Shown here: piece after piece, positions 19,286 through 30,687 of the stretch
Layout of the letters: the number at the start of each line of letters is the position of its first letter
How positions within the stretch are numbered: the stretch's first letter is position 1
Assembly: GCA_965644315.1 (NCBI GenBank)
Contig: CBFFRQ010000107.1
Coordinates: 1 to 34,891, forward strand
Direction of reading: 5' to 3'
Source: Caecitellus pseudoparvulus
Taxonomy: Eukaryota > Protista > Bigyra: Bicosoecida
DNA length: 34,891 nucleotides
Translations under genes and position numbers: made by a program
Notes under the pieces: model-generated
Seen by the model: only the letters and a program-made list of their open reading frames with translations
What the model was told of the DNA's origin: nothing
Databases searched by the model: none

Positions 19286-21758
19286 ATGGACCAGGCCATT
19301 TTCGCGGCGTCGCCCACGGCCCTTCCAGCGCCGTCTCCGCCTCTGAACTTGCAACAAGGGCCGTTCCTGATTAAAGTTTCTTCGTCTGACGCCCGTCACT
19401 GCGTGCTTTGTGCGCGCCGGAGGCAAGAGCAGGCTGTGGGGCTGCTTGCCTCGCAGGGTCGCTCCTCTGGAGCTGACCTCGTGACCAGGACACACTACTA
19501 CTGTTTGCGAACAGGGTGTCACTGGCGAGGGAAGAATCCCAGTAACTTCTCCAACCACCGATGTGGGCATGCGCGGGCCATGAAGCTGGCGGCAGGTGCG
19601 TGGCGTGGTGGTGCCTCAAACAGGCGTTTCGCCCAGCTGCGCAGCCAGCACGTTGAGCCTCCCTGCGGCGCAGAATCGGGTGCCTCACACCATGTAGTGG
19701 TAGAAATGCCTAAACCTTCGCCAGAAGTTGTGGTTTCCGATCCATGTGCGTGTGAAAGCGCCTTGCTTGCCGCGCCACAGCGTCACGGCAATGGTGCTGC
19801 CTCTGCGCAGGCACTGGCTCTGGCTCTGGAGGCGATGCAAGCCCAGCCATGGACCCCCCCCGCTCCAGCGGCGAGTGGATGCTGTATCCACGGGCCATCG
19901 CAGACATGGCTGAAGAGTTCTTCCGCCGAGGCCTTCCAGGCGGCCAGGGCACCACTTGGTTCACTCAAGCCATCGACTGCGCCCAAGCCATGGTGCGGGC
20001 CGGTGCAGCTGCGGCCAGTCGGCTGCTGCTGGACGCCGCGCCTGTCGGCGACGAGTTCGTCCAGCAGTGCACCAAAGACGACGTAGCTCCTGAGTGCCTC
20101 CCTGAGGCTCCCTCTGACATGATCGTGCCTCCCAGCGCGGCTGCCCTGGCTGGCTCAGTGGGCTCAGTGCTGGGCATGCTCATGGCATCCCCCGCGCAGC
20201 CTGTGACTCTGGGACTGCCTGGGGCGACCGTCATGGCCACCCGTGCAGCGATAAGCCGGGCTAGGCTGCCGCCCCAGCATGGAGAAGGGGTGCTGATGGC
20301 CTTCCCTGACAACCCTGCTGAGCCGGGCGTCGTGTCAGCGCTGCGAGATGGGCAAGGCTCCGTCGACGCCGCACTGAGAAAGGATGCCACTGAGAAGCAA
20401 GGCAACATGCTGTACAGATACATCGAGCCTTGTGAGGATATGGAGGGCAAGGCGGGCACCCTGGCAGGCACAACACACGCCGTCACAAGGGACTCCTGGG
20501 CTGTGCAGCCTGCCGCGAATGCTGCCCTGGCAGGCTCACTGTACGAGCACTACATCCCCACCGGGAAGCAGCCCGTCACCCTGGACGTCCAGCCAGTGGG
20601 CCTCGCTGCAACCCACCCAGCCTATGGCGAGCAGTCATCCTTCCTCCCTCGCCCTCCTGGCCCATGCCCCAGCAAGACTGTGCCGTGGAGCCCAGACGGC
20701 CACAGCCTGCCAGCCAGTGAAGCATACCAAGCAGCTGCAGCCGCAGCACGGTTGCGCTTCGAAGTCGCGGTGGCCGCACAAGCTGGCAGGCCGGCCCAAG
20801 TAGGAGACCGACCCATCCCTGCAGAGGTCCAAGCGGACCTGGACCAAATGGAAGCGGACCTGAAGGGAAGCATGGCGCACCCCTCCATGCGCACCGAACT
20901 CACAGTTTTATCCGTAAGCAGGAAGGGCTGGACTGATGTGCGACAGCAGCTGCCATGGGGTACCTGTCCCAAGGCTGGCAGCTGCGACGGCACGTGCAAG
21001 TGGACGACCAATGGCTCCTACAGCGCGAAGCAGTGTCTGTTCACCGGATTCAAGGGAGTTCAGCCTGTAACAAAGGCGACTCTGCTCTGCAGAAGCCATC
21101 GATTTGCTGTCACAGTGGGGTCGCGATCCTTTTGGAGGGTCAGGCACCAGCTGTACCCCGACGTTCTCCCAGATGGATCGCCCCCACCTGGCATGGAGGG
21201 CCGCAGGCTGGTCCTTTCCATACCATGCGCGATCGCTGGCACCATTCTAATGGACGAGGCTGCTGCTACGAGTCTGTGGGAGAACTACGTCGCGCACCGT
21301 CGGGAAGGCATGGTCAAGGTGCAGAAAGCCTTCTGGCGAGACCTCATGCGGCCCTTCGAGGACAAAGTAGACTCCTGGAAAGAGAAGCTGTTCAAGAAGC
21401 ACGCCTCTCTCGGTGAATGCCCTGAGGTGAAACATGCGCTGGCCCAAGCCGTGCGCCGAGCCAGAAAGCATGTTGTGGGCAACGTGCGATCCAGCACGAG
21501 TGTGAAGGCTCTGCGTGATGCCATCCTGCACATCTACCATGCCGCTGTCAAGCCGCATGTGGAGGGGTACCTGCAGGCCCTTGCACGCTTCGCTGACACC
21601 ATCAGCGTGGACTGGACCTTTGCATCTTCGGCCCGGGTGCAAGTCGCGGGCCCACAGCCACTGCGCAGGGCCAGAGCTGAGCGAGCGAGTCCACAGCACG
21701 AGCTGGGCGAGGAAGAGCCTGAAGATGAGCTGGATGGGGAAGAAGGCAGTGACTGTGC

Positions 21759-21813
<55 letters not shown>

Positions 21814-23514
21814 GAGGGTGCAGAGGAGGAAGCCTGTGTGGGCAGAAGAAGCCGGGCCACGCGGGCCACACGCAAGACCCGGTGGCGAATAGCTCCCTGC
21901 ATAGCCACGGTTGTGGGCCGGTACGGCTTCATCCTACAACCTCCAATGTTCACGGGCTACGAGAGCGCGGCAAACTTGGCCTGGGTCCTGGGCTTAGTGC
22001 TGTGCAGGCTGAAGGGGCACTTGCGGGAGCGCGGCCCGGCGGCGTCCCACCCCAGCGTCATCACAGTGGACAACCTCAGAACCCACCAGCACGCCCTGCA
22101 GGCAATCATCGATGTGCACTTCCCACTTCTACCGAAAGGCGTGGTGCGGTTCGCCGTGGACCCGTGGCACTTCGCCAGACGCGTGGCCAAGGCCACTGCC
22201 AAGCGAGCCATGCACCAGGATGGTCCACTCTTCATCAAGCTGTGGTTCGACACAGTGGAGTGGATCCGAACACCTGCACTGGGCGTGGTGTCCCCCAAAC
22301 TGCTCCTTCCAGAGGATGCCATTGCTCGGCAACGAGCCGCCTTGAGCTCTGCTGAGCCTGCCGACATCCAGGGCTTCATCGACTGCGCCTGCCGCATCTT
22401 GCGACGCAAGTCCCTGTCAGACTCCCAAAAGACACAAGTCCGAGAATTCCTCACAGCCTATGGGTGGGCCCTGTATGGCCCAGGGCGTGCAGTTGGGGCT
22501 GCCGCAAGGCTTCGCAAGCACGTCCCCCTCGCTCTGGCTGCTGCCTGTGCCACTGCAGCAGGCATGCTGCTCCGTCGGTGCCAAGGAGATCACTTCACAC
22601 CAACTCAGGCTGGGCTGCACCCGAGCGGGGTGCCCATTCTTCCCCTTCACATTGGGCCCTGCACTCACAAACAGGCCTCAGCGGCACTGGAACGAACTGC
22701 AAGCCTGTTTCGCCAGGTGTGGGCGCCTCAATCGCGGGGTGGCGCAGGCACTGCCGTGCAAGGCCGCATCACACGCGGCATCCTGGATCCCAAGTCCTCC
22801 TTTCCCGCCGTTCGTGCTCGGGTCAAGGCGTCATTGCAGAACGATGTGGGGATTCAAGACTTGCTTGATGGGCGTGACGCGGTGCACGGCGCCACCACCA
22901 CAGGGGGCAATGAGAGCCTGCACTCAGGCATGCGGCACATGGTGTCAGCAGGCACATCCACTCGCCCGGATGTCGCTGAGACAAACCTCACGCTGTACTG
23001 GCTGGAGAAGAACCAGGCCACTGCTGCCAAGTTGCTGTCCACGTGTGCGAGCGATGAATGCCGCCAGGAAGAGACACACAGCAAGTCTCAAGACGTTGCA
23101 GCCACTCTGGAGCTTTGCTCTGTACTGGTTGGTGATGTAGGTGGCCTTGCTCGAGGTACCCTGACAGCAGCCTTGCAGAGCTGCCCGGATGCGCCTGCCC
23201 CGACCACATTCGAGGAAGTCAAGGCCTCTGGCCTGCCACTGTACCACAAAGCCACCTCATCCGTCACGCCAGAGGTTGAAGAAGACATTCGCCGACTGCT
23301 CAGGGAGAAGAGGGAGACTCAAGAGGCCAAGACTGCCAGGTACAGCCCCAACACGGCAGCGCGCCGCATCGCCTCCGCTGCTCACGCCACTGTCGGCCAG
23401 GTCGAGCGAGTGGCCAGCAAGGTGCAGCGAGAAGAAGAGCAGTTTGTCCAGCGGGAGAAGCGAGCAAGGCATCATGGTCTCAGTTCGCCGAGTGCCAAGC
23501 GTGTGCGCCGCTAA
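19286..23514 (+). CDS. DDE transposase with N-terminal C2H2 zinc finger (~1361 aa if spliced)
   Basis: Predicted exons 19286-19595, 19674-19745 and 19811-23514 (GTGCGT...GCAG introns of 78 and 65 nt, phase 1). C2H2 finger CLRTGC-x12-HRCGH. Catalytic-like motifs ISVDWTF (D 21610), ATVVGRYGFIL, VITVDN (D 22069), VDPWHFARR (DxxH 22159), TGGNESLH (E 22912). Confidence 0.8.
21760..21813 (+). repeat. (AGCGAC)9 coding microsatellite, (Ser-Asp)9
   Basis: Perfect 54-nt hexamer run inside the transposase ORF. Confidence 0.97.
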
Positions 23515-24149
23515 GGGCTGGAGCAGGGCCACCGGCTCTCCCGCTGGGTGAAGGGAGTTTCATCCACACACAGACCAGCCACGACCCCGAGGCTAGACGC
23601 GTGGTATGAGAGACTTGCAGAATAGTTCAAAGTATTTTCAAATCACCTACATGTTGTAGACCTCTCAGCTGCTCAGAACCGGTAGAGTGCAGCCCTATGC
23701 AGAGATATCGCAGGCCTCGTGGATTGTCGTGGTGAAGCAAAGCGAAACGCCACACCTGCACTGTGCAGCGCTCTCTGGCGGGAGAGAGACAACCCACGGG
23801 CACGCTTTGGATAGGAACACTTCCGTAAATCTATTAGGATTGTATGCAGCACAAAGTTTTGGAAATTTCGTCTTCTGTTGGGGCATTATCTCCATGAAGC
23901 GTTGCAAAGCCGTAAAAAGACCTTGTCGCCGTCTCCAAGCCGGGTCACGAAGTGTTACGTTTTGGACTTGCCCATGATGGATTACAGCGATGGTGCAGGT
24001 CGCCGCGACCAGCACTCAACACACTTGAAACGCAGCGAGGCTACTGGCTTTGTGAGGCCCCCTACGCGCCCCTGGACTGGCGTCTGAGGTTCGCACGAAC
24101 CACTGCAATGTGCCTCATTCGCGCACATGATCATTGGGCACCGCACCAA

Positions 24150-24174
24150 TTTTGCCCATTTCCAGTATATTCCC
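24150..24174 (-). repeat. Right terminal inverted repeat
   Basis: ttttgcccatttccagtatattccc; reverse complement gggaatatactggaaatgggcaaaa. Confidence 0.93.
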
Positions 24175-24369
24175 ATGCACACGGGCAGCAAGCAGCTCTG
24201 GAAACTCAGCAGTCTCAGTACGCCCACCCTGACCTCATCCACCCACAATGCGCCAAGCAGCCATCTGTGTTCAATGTGCATTGCCTTCACACAGCCCACC
24301 AGGTACACAAGGGTCAGCCGATCCGCACACCAGCTTCCCACCGCAGCCGCTGAGCAAACTTGACACAAC

Positions 24370-27300
24370 TCAGTCTTTGGGCTGCAGGTTCTTGATGGCG
24401 TCGGCGATGCGCTGCTTGAGCGCAGTGGCCTTTTCCCTGAGCTGTTTTGCCACTTGAGAAGGGCCTGTTCCTGCCGCCAGGCCCAGGCCGCCGGCCAGGG
24501 GCATGGCGGAGTTGACCACTGCGCCAAAGGTGCTGCCGCCCGACATGGCCTGCACGCCCAGCAGGATGAAGACGAGCATGATGACGAGCAAGACCACAAG
24601 CACCATGAGGCTGTACAACAAGACGTCCCACGAGAGGCCCATGGCTGAGAGGGCTGCTTCGGTGATTTCCCGCAGCAGGATGTGGATGCCAGCCTTGAAC
24701 TCCTGGCGGTCCAGCACGTTGTCCGACTCGATGACGTCCAGAGACGCGAAGATGCGCTTGGCCCGCTCGTTGGTCAGGGGCAGTGACGCATTGGCAGTGA
24801 AGTCCACGAACTCGTCGAAGGAGATGCCGCCGCCGTCAGTGTCAAAGGCGTCGTACAGCAGGTCGATGGCTTGGTCGGACAGGCGCCCGTTGACGAGGGG
24901 CAGGGAGGCGAACTTGTTGGCGAGCTTGGTCTTGGCACCCGCCACGACGTTGTCCATGGCTGCCTTGGCCTTGTCCTTGGCAGCGTCCAGGGCCACCTTG
25001 GCCGCTGCAGTTGCCGCAGCAGTGGCGGCAGAGGCGGCAGCGCCGGGGGATGAGGTGTCCACCCCAGCCCGCTGCAGCTGCTCCACGAGGCCAGTGATGG
25101 TGTTGATGATGGTCTCCAGGCGGTCCTTGTTGAAGCCGCCGAACTGCAGGGCCAGCTTGCGCGCGCCGGAGATGTCTCTGCGCGACAAGGACAGGATGGC
25201 GTCCACGATGGCCAGGGCGCCGTGCTGCTCCACCGGCACCACACTCTCCAGCAGCTGCATGATATGCTCTTGCCGCTTCCCCAGCTCCTCCGCCACCGCC
25301 TTGCTCACTGCCAGCGCCTTCTTGGCAGAGCTGCCGCTGGTGGAGCCCGCTGCAGACACGGCCGCCGCAGCCGCCGCGCCACTCTGCCCTGCGGTTTGTG
25401 CTTGGGACGCGACAGAGGCAGCTGAGCCAATGACGGACTCAGCCTGTGACGCAGCGGCATTGGAGACGTCTTCCAGGGCACGCAGACGGGCCTGCATGAG
25501 CGCGATGAAGTGCTGGATGACGCCGAGGGCAGCCACAAGCTTGGGCTCGTTCTGCACCAGCGCCTGCACGAAGACGGGAATAGTGGTGAGGAGCTCACCA
25601 GGGTTGCCGCGAAGGAGGATGCCGCCCAGCGTAACGGCCAGGAACTTGGGGTCACGCAAGCGCTTGGCGAAGATCTCGTCGCCACTGCCCTGTGACAGGA
25701 AGTCCGTCACCATGCCCAGGGATGACAGGGCGCCTTGTGCCTGGGAAATGCCGCCTGAAATAGCCCCTGCCGCGCTGCCCACAGCTCCCAGAGCAGAGTC
25801 CCGCGCACCCATGATGTCCGCACTGAGCAGGGAGGACAAGTTGGCGCCGCCCACCATGCTGCTGGCGGCGTCCTGCGCCTGGCCCGCTGCTGCGCTGGCA
25901 GACGCGCTAAGCGCAGCCAGAGGCGCGGCCACCGACGTCGCGATGCCATTTGAGACTTGTGACGCGGCGAACTTGACCACCGCCATGGAGGCCTGTGCAG
26001 CCTGCGACACCTGCCCCTTGCGGGACCGGGCCGCCTTGCCTGACGTGTCGCGCTGCAGGACCGCCTGCACCTTATCCACTGGCCCCAGCAGGCCCATGGC
26101 AGACTCGATGGAGGATAGAGACACGCTCTGCAGCAGCTTCACCTCTTCGAAGCTGGTCAAGCCGGGAGGCAGCTCGTGGCCTCCTTGGGACACATCCCTG
26201 ACCCGCTGCACGATGGCCTCGGCGACAGGCTTGGGAAGGCGTCGCAGGAGGACGCGGATGAGGGAGTTCCGGATGCTCTCGTTGTGCAGCAGAGTAAGCT
26301 GCACGGTGTTTTGAGTCAGCATGACGCGGGGAATGCCAAGGATGCGGCAGAGGCCCGTCGCGACGTCGCCTTGCATGAGGGAGAAGAAGCCGATGAGGAC
26401 GCGGTCCACCTCTGGCAGGACAAAGGCCGGGTTGGCGCCCCACACAGCCCTGGACAACAAGCGCACAGAAGCGCCCTTCACGCCAAAGTACTTCTCCATC
26501 GTGCGGTTGGACATGCCCTGCAGGGACTGCAGTGGGTGCAAGCCCACCCCCACACTCCACCGCTGTGCCGCCTGCAGCACAGGCAGCACTTGTTCCAGCA
26601 ACCAAGGCCGGCGGGTGGTCTCTTCGTCCCCGCGGTCGCCGGAAGATGCCACCACAGCTGCAAGGGCAGGGCCGGCAGCCCGTGCGACGGGGAGAATACG
26701 CAGCAGTTCCTCAGCAGGCGGCAAACGCCCTGTCACGAACTTCAGGATGGTGCTGAGCACAAGGGCCGTGGCGCGCACAGGCTTGGCCTCACCGCCGACG
26801 TCGTCGTCTTCCTCCCTGCAGAAGGGGATGTTGCTGAAGCGGGCAGACTCCACACGCGTCAGCAGCTTCAGAGCCCTGTCCAGGTCAATGCAGGCGCTGT
26901 CCCGCGTCAAGTCCAGTCCCGCCTCGGCGGAAGCACGGGCAAGGTCGTCGCGGACAGCCAGAGACTTGACAGCTGCCGCGGCATCGTGGGAGGACAGAGT
27001 GCGCATCTCGTCTTCGTCGATCATCAGCTGCACCGTCGCAGAGCTGCTGCGAGCATCGCCCACCAGGCGGTGGAACTGGTTCGTGTGTTCCTCCTGCTTC
27101 TTGGCGAACTTGTCGCTCATCTCTGCCTCCACAAACTCGTCCAGGCGGTCTCGCTGCGAGTACAGGTCAGACACAAACGCCATCTGCATGCGCATGGCAT
27201 CGTGCACGGGAAGGTTGGCGCCGTTCACTGCCTCCACCATGTCCAGGCGCAGCTCCTCAGCCACGGCCTGGGACGTGAGCAACTCCCCTATGGGGCGGTA

Positions 27301-28137
27301 ACCTGCCATGGCCCGCGCATTCATGTACTTCATCTGGACGCGGTGCACGTGGAAGCGGCAGTGGAACTTGCCCCGCATGACGCTGACGGAAAAGGCGGGG
27401 TAGATGGGCATGCCTTGCAGGTCCAGGTTCTTGAAGGCGACGCCCATGGGTGCGTCGAAGTTCCTGTTCAGACCGAAGGTCATGGTGCGTTTGTCGTAGT
27501 CCACGGCGCAGCTGATGATGTCACCGTTCTCCCACTCACTGCCGAAGGAGCCGTCATCCCCGCCATTCCACTTCTTCCGACGCTGGCCGTCCCAGGCCCA
27601 CGAGTTGGGGTCGTCGCCAACGCCATTGTTGCGCTTGGTCGTGAAGGCGTTGTTCACCCAGCCCACCTGCAGGTACCGGTCTCGCCCAGAGAACACCTGC
27701 AGCTCGTAGTAGTACCTGCCTGACGTCACCGCTGCGCCTGGGATGGCCACTGTGGGGAACGAGGACGCCTTGCTGGTGTTTAGGGAGAACCACACACGGC
27801 CACTGCTGTCCCCCATGAACAGCCCATCGATGCCCAGGATCTGGTACTTCCGCCTGCCAGACACCATGGGCAGGGGGCGCGTTGGCCCGCCAGCGTTGAA
27901 CTCGGGCGCATACTTGCTCTGCAGCACCTTGCGGCTCTCGCTGCCCGCATACCGCAGCGCGTCATCGCTGTCGTCCATGACTGCAAAGTCAAAGTAGTCC
28001 TCCGCCTCTGCCACCTGGTCGCCGCCCTTGGGCGACATGGTCGAGCCTCTTCGGGGGTGTCCCTTAGAGTCCGGTGAGCCGAAGCCCTTCTTCTTGCTCT
28101 GCCCTGTCAGCAGCCGCATGGTACTCATCTTCAGCAT
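24370..28137 (-). CDS. SPRY-domain + helical region + EF-hand pair + C-terminal TM protein (3' part of a larger gene)
   Basis: SPRY motifs GRYYYELQV, LQVGW, GVGDDPNSWAWDG, WENGDIISCAVD, IYPAFS (~27720-27350). EF-hand-like FDTDGGGISFDEF and LDVIESDNVLDRQEF. TM LLYSLMVLVVLLVIMLVFILLGV. Confidence 0.85.
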   Translation of the reverse strand: MLKMSTMRLLTGQSKKKGFGSPDSKGHPRRGSTMSPKGGDQVAEAEDYFDFAVMDDSDDALRYAGSESRKVLQSKYAPEFNAGGPTRPLPMVSGRRKYQILGIDGLFMGDSSGRVWFSLNTSKASSFPTVAIPGAAVTSGRYYYELQVFSGRDRYLQVGWVNNAFTTKRNNGVGDDPNSWAWDGQRRKKWNGGDDGSFGSEWENGDIISCAVDYDKRTMTFGLNRNFDAPMGVAFKNLDLQGMPIYPAFSVSVMRGKFHCRFHVHRVQMKYMNARAMAGYRPIGELLTSQAVAEELRLDMVEAVNGANLPVHDAMRMQMAFVSDLYSQRDRLDEFVEAEMSDKFAKKQEEHTNQFHRLVGDARSSSATVQLMIDEDEMRTLSSHDAAAAVKSLAVRDDLARASAEAGLDLTRDSACIDLDRALKLLTRVESARFSNIPFCREEDDDVGGEAKPVRATALVLSTILKFVTGRLPPAEELLRILPVARAAGPALAAVVASSGDRGDEETTRRPWLLEQVLPVLQAAQRWSVGVGLHPLQSLQGMSNRTMEKYFGVKGASVRLLSRAVWGANPAFVLPEVDRVLIGFFSLMQGDVATGLCRILGIPRVMLTQNTVQLTLLHNESIRNSLIRVLLRRLPKPVAEAIVQRVRDVSQGGHELPPGLTSFEEVKLLQSVSLSSIESAMGLLGPVDKVQAVLQRDTSGKAARSRKGQVSQAAQASMAVVKFAASQVSNGIATSVAAPLAALSASASAAAGQAQDAASSMVGGANLSSLLSADIMGARDSALGAVGSAAGAISGGISQAQGALSSLGMVTDFLSQGSGDEIFAKRLRDPKFLAVTLGGILLRGNPGELLTTIPVFVQALVQNEPKLVAALGVIQHFIALMQARLRALEDVSNAAASQAESVIGSAASVASQAQTAGQSGAAAAAAVSAAGSTSGSSAKKALAVSKAVAEELGKRQEHIMQLLESVVPVEQHGALAIVDAILSLSRRDISGARKLALQFGGFNKDRLETIINTITGLVEQLQRAGVDTSSPGAAASAATAAATAAAKVALDAAKDKAKAAMDNVVAGAKTKLANKFASLPLVNGRLSDQAIDLLYDAFDTDGGGISFDEFVDFTANASLPLTNERAKRIFASLDVIESDNVLDRQEFKAGIHILLREITEAALSAMGLSWDVLLYSLMVLVVLLVIMLVFILLGVQAMSGGSTFGAVVNSAMPLAGGLGLAAGTGPSQVAKQLREKATALKQRIADAIKNLQPKD

Positions 28138-30521
28138 GGCGTCCTCCTTGTGTTCGTCCAGGTCATCATCGTCCTCACCAGGGTTGCCGCTGGAGGAAAG
28201 GCGGCCGGGAGATCCGTCCTGGGCTGGCTTGGCTTACCCACTGCCAGGTTTCTGCTTCTCTTCCGCTTCAAACCCGCCTGGGCTCTCTGCCCGACCCGAC
28301 GCAGGGTTGGCAAAGGAGGCGGTGCCTTGGACTTGCCAGCCCCATCCTGCGGTATAGACGCTAGCTCGTGCAAGCCACTCGCACCTGAGCCCGTCAGCGT
28401 CGCAGAAGGCTCCACACGGGCATCCAAAGCCGAGGGCCGGTGCCCGGCGCCCACTTGGCTAAGATCCACCTTGGACACCTGCGTGGAGGGATCCTCCGCG
28501 TGGCTTGCTTCAGACAAGCAAATGAAGTTGTTGTCCGTGTCCAGAGTCATCAGCTTGATCTTGCGATCGGCGCCGGTGGTGATGAAGAGGAAGTCGATGG
28601 CAGCGGACTCCCTGCCCACCCGCAGTGTCGGCATGGAGGAGCTGATCCACGGTTCCACCTTGTGCCGGAAGTCCTTGCTCATGGGCACGATCTGCGTGAT
28701 GCTGCCCTCGTGTTGGGGTGCCATCTCAGCGACCACCCGCCAGTCCATCCACAATGACTCCGAGACGTGTGCAGAGCGCGGCGCCCCGACCACGGCCAGC
28801 AGACGCCCATGTGACGTGCCCACCAGGATGACGTCGTTTGGGGTAGGCATGCTGGGGCGCGGCGCATCCACCACAATGGCCTCCTCCTCCTCGCTCATGG
28901 ACGCCTGCTTCTCAGTTGTAGCAGCCACGTAGTCCAGCCACACCTGCCGCTGCATCTTGCCGTCTTCGCCAGTGGCCTCCCACTTCACCGCCAGGGGGTT
29001 CGCGATGGACGAGACCTGCGTAATACGCTCCCCAGTCGACAGCTCGATGACGTCCGGGGCAAAGTGGTGCAAAGCACGCGCTTGCTCCGTGACATTGCTG
29101 AAGTAGATGCCACCAGCGCTCGTCACCGTCGCGAACCACGACAGAGCTCCCCAAGCCTTCTGATTGGCAGGGACGTGGTCAATGAGGGGCAGCTGGCTCT
29201 TGTACTTCAACTGCAGCCACGTCACTGGCGCTGCGGTAAACTCCCGGGACGCCTCCGTGTCTGGCTCCAGTCTGTCGCGCACTTCTCGCGTGGCCCCGAC
29301 AAAGGCAGAGGGGAAGGCGAAGAAGTACGACACGATGCCGACGGGGATGCCGTCATCGGAATGAGGCCGTGTAGCAGCAGGCGTGCCTGTCGCTCCTTCT
29401 CCAGGGTCGCCTCGTCCCCGTCTTCCAACAGCCCATACCCGTTGCCGCAATGGAAGACGTAGATCTCCCGCCCAGCAGTGAGCAAGTACTTCGTGTCGTC
29501 GTCGCTGGTGTCTGGGTCCAAGAGGGGCCAGTGCGCTGTGAAGTTGTTCAGGCGCCCTGGCAGCAGCTTGGCGGTGATGTGCTTGGCCGACTTCAGCCAC
29601 TTCGTTGTGGCGCCCAGCGGCTCGGCATCCAGCTGGGTCAGTCGCCAAGGCACAATGGTCTTCGACGCAGTCTGCACGAAGAGGGCTGGCTCCTCCCCCG
29701 TGGGGTACCGCTTGGTGCTTTGGACGAGCGTTCGAGCATCTAAGAAGCACTTGCCGTCCTCGCCCTTCAACGGGATGTCCAGCTTCTCCAGCCTGATGGG
29801 AATGGGCTCGTACCCCTCGCCAGGCGGCACGTCCATCTCTCGCAAGAAACCCGGCAAGATGCTATCGCCTGAGCCTGCAACATCTGCTTCCGAATTCTGC
29901 ACTTCCACAGGGGCGAAGTCGCCCTCCACACGGTCGTTGGAGATGCCCCACACGCAGACACCGACCTTATCAATGCCTACCAGAGCCACTGACCGCGCTT
30001 CATACGTCTCTCGCTCAGCACGGCACAGGGACTTGACTGCTTCGCCCTCCGTCTGCACGCTGTGGCCCAGCTCTTGTATGTACCACAAGCCGGCATACAC
30101 CTGCCGCACACACACAGAGCCTCGAGAGTCGCCTGTCACGAGACGCAAGCAGGCATGCCCCTCATCTGATGACGAGTTCCGGATGAAGGCGGCGGCAATG
30201 ATGCCTTCAAGAGTGGCCACTGACGATGTCGGGTGTGGCACGATGAGGTGTGGCACGATGCTGCCGCCGCAGTGCTCATCGTCAGCCCTTGACGTTGCAA
30301 TGCCGTGAATGTCGAACATGGCCCATGGTGAAGTCGATGGCTTCACACAAAGCCCGCAGGCGCTCAGGCGCCTCCACTTCCTCCACAGGCACACTCAAGA
30401 AATCCCAAAGCCAACACCTCTCGAACAGCACCCACACATCCATGGCGGAAAGCAAGGCAGAAAGGAATCCCACACAAGTACACATCCTGACATGAACAGG
30501 TAGCGATGAGGATATGCTCAC
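28138..30521 (-). CDS. WD40-like beta-propeller region, probably the 5' part of the SPRY/EF-hand gene (frameshifted)
   Basis: WD-like strings LVTGDSRGSVCV, VGVCVWGI, LVGTSHGRL, HEGSITQI...FITTGADRKIKL. ORFs 30282-30521, 29222-30394 and 28131-29750 are offset by 1-nt shifts (~30322, ~29358). The junction at 28150-28350 is unresolved. Confidence 0.55.
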
Positions 30522-30687
30522 CTGCCTGCAACTTGGTCAGTATGCCGCCAGCGCCACACCTGCTAGCCTTCTTCACGGCAGCGGCGAACTTCCCACGCAA
30601 CAGCGGCATCAGGGAAGATTTTCAGCCTTCACACTTCGAAATAGATTATTTTTCTATGGTCCTAATCCTCTAGCTTCAAAAACCACC

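Larger units (their letters stand above)
19138..24174 (+). mobile_element. Full-length TIR DNA transposon (5037 bp), Zisupton/KDZ-like DDE
   Basis: 25-bp TIRs identical at 24/25, AT on both outer flanks (19136-37, 24175-76), and an internal long transposase-like ORF. Confidence 0.9.

Noticed and set aside
19120-24190. 8-9 bp target-site duplication around the transposon
   Set aside because: The flanks gtggcgctggcat and atgcacacggg share only AT as a direct repeat.
24503-27723. Long plus-strand ORFs (603 aa, 515 aa, 326 aa) and similar ORFs elsewhere
   Set aside because: They are antisense shadows of GC-rich coding genes with no recognisable motifs.
28218-28237. GTAAGC...CAG micro-intron removing a TAA in the SPRY gene junction
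   Set aside because: At about 19 nt it is far shorter than the 65-79 nt introns seen here. The junction is left unresolved.
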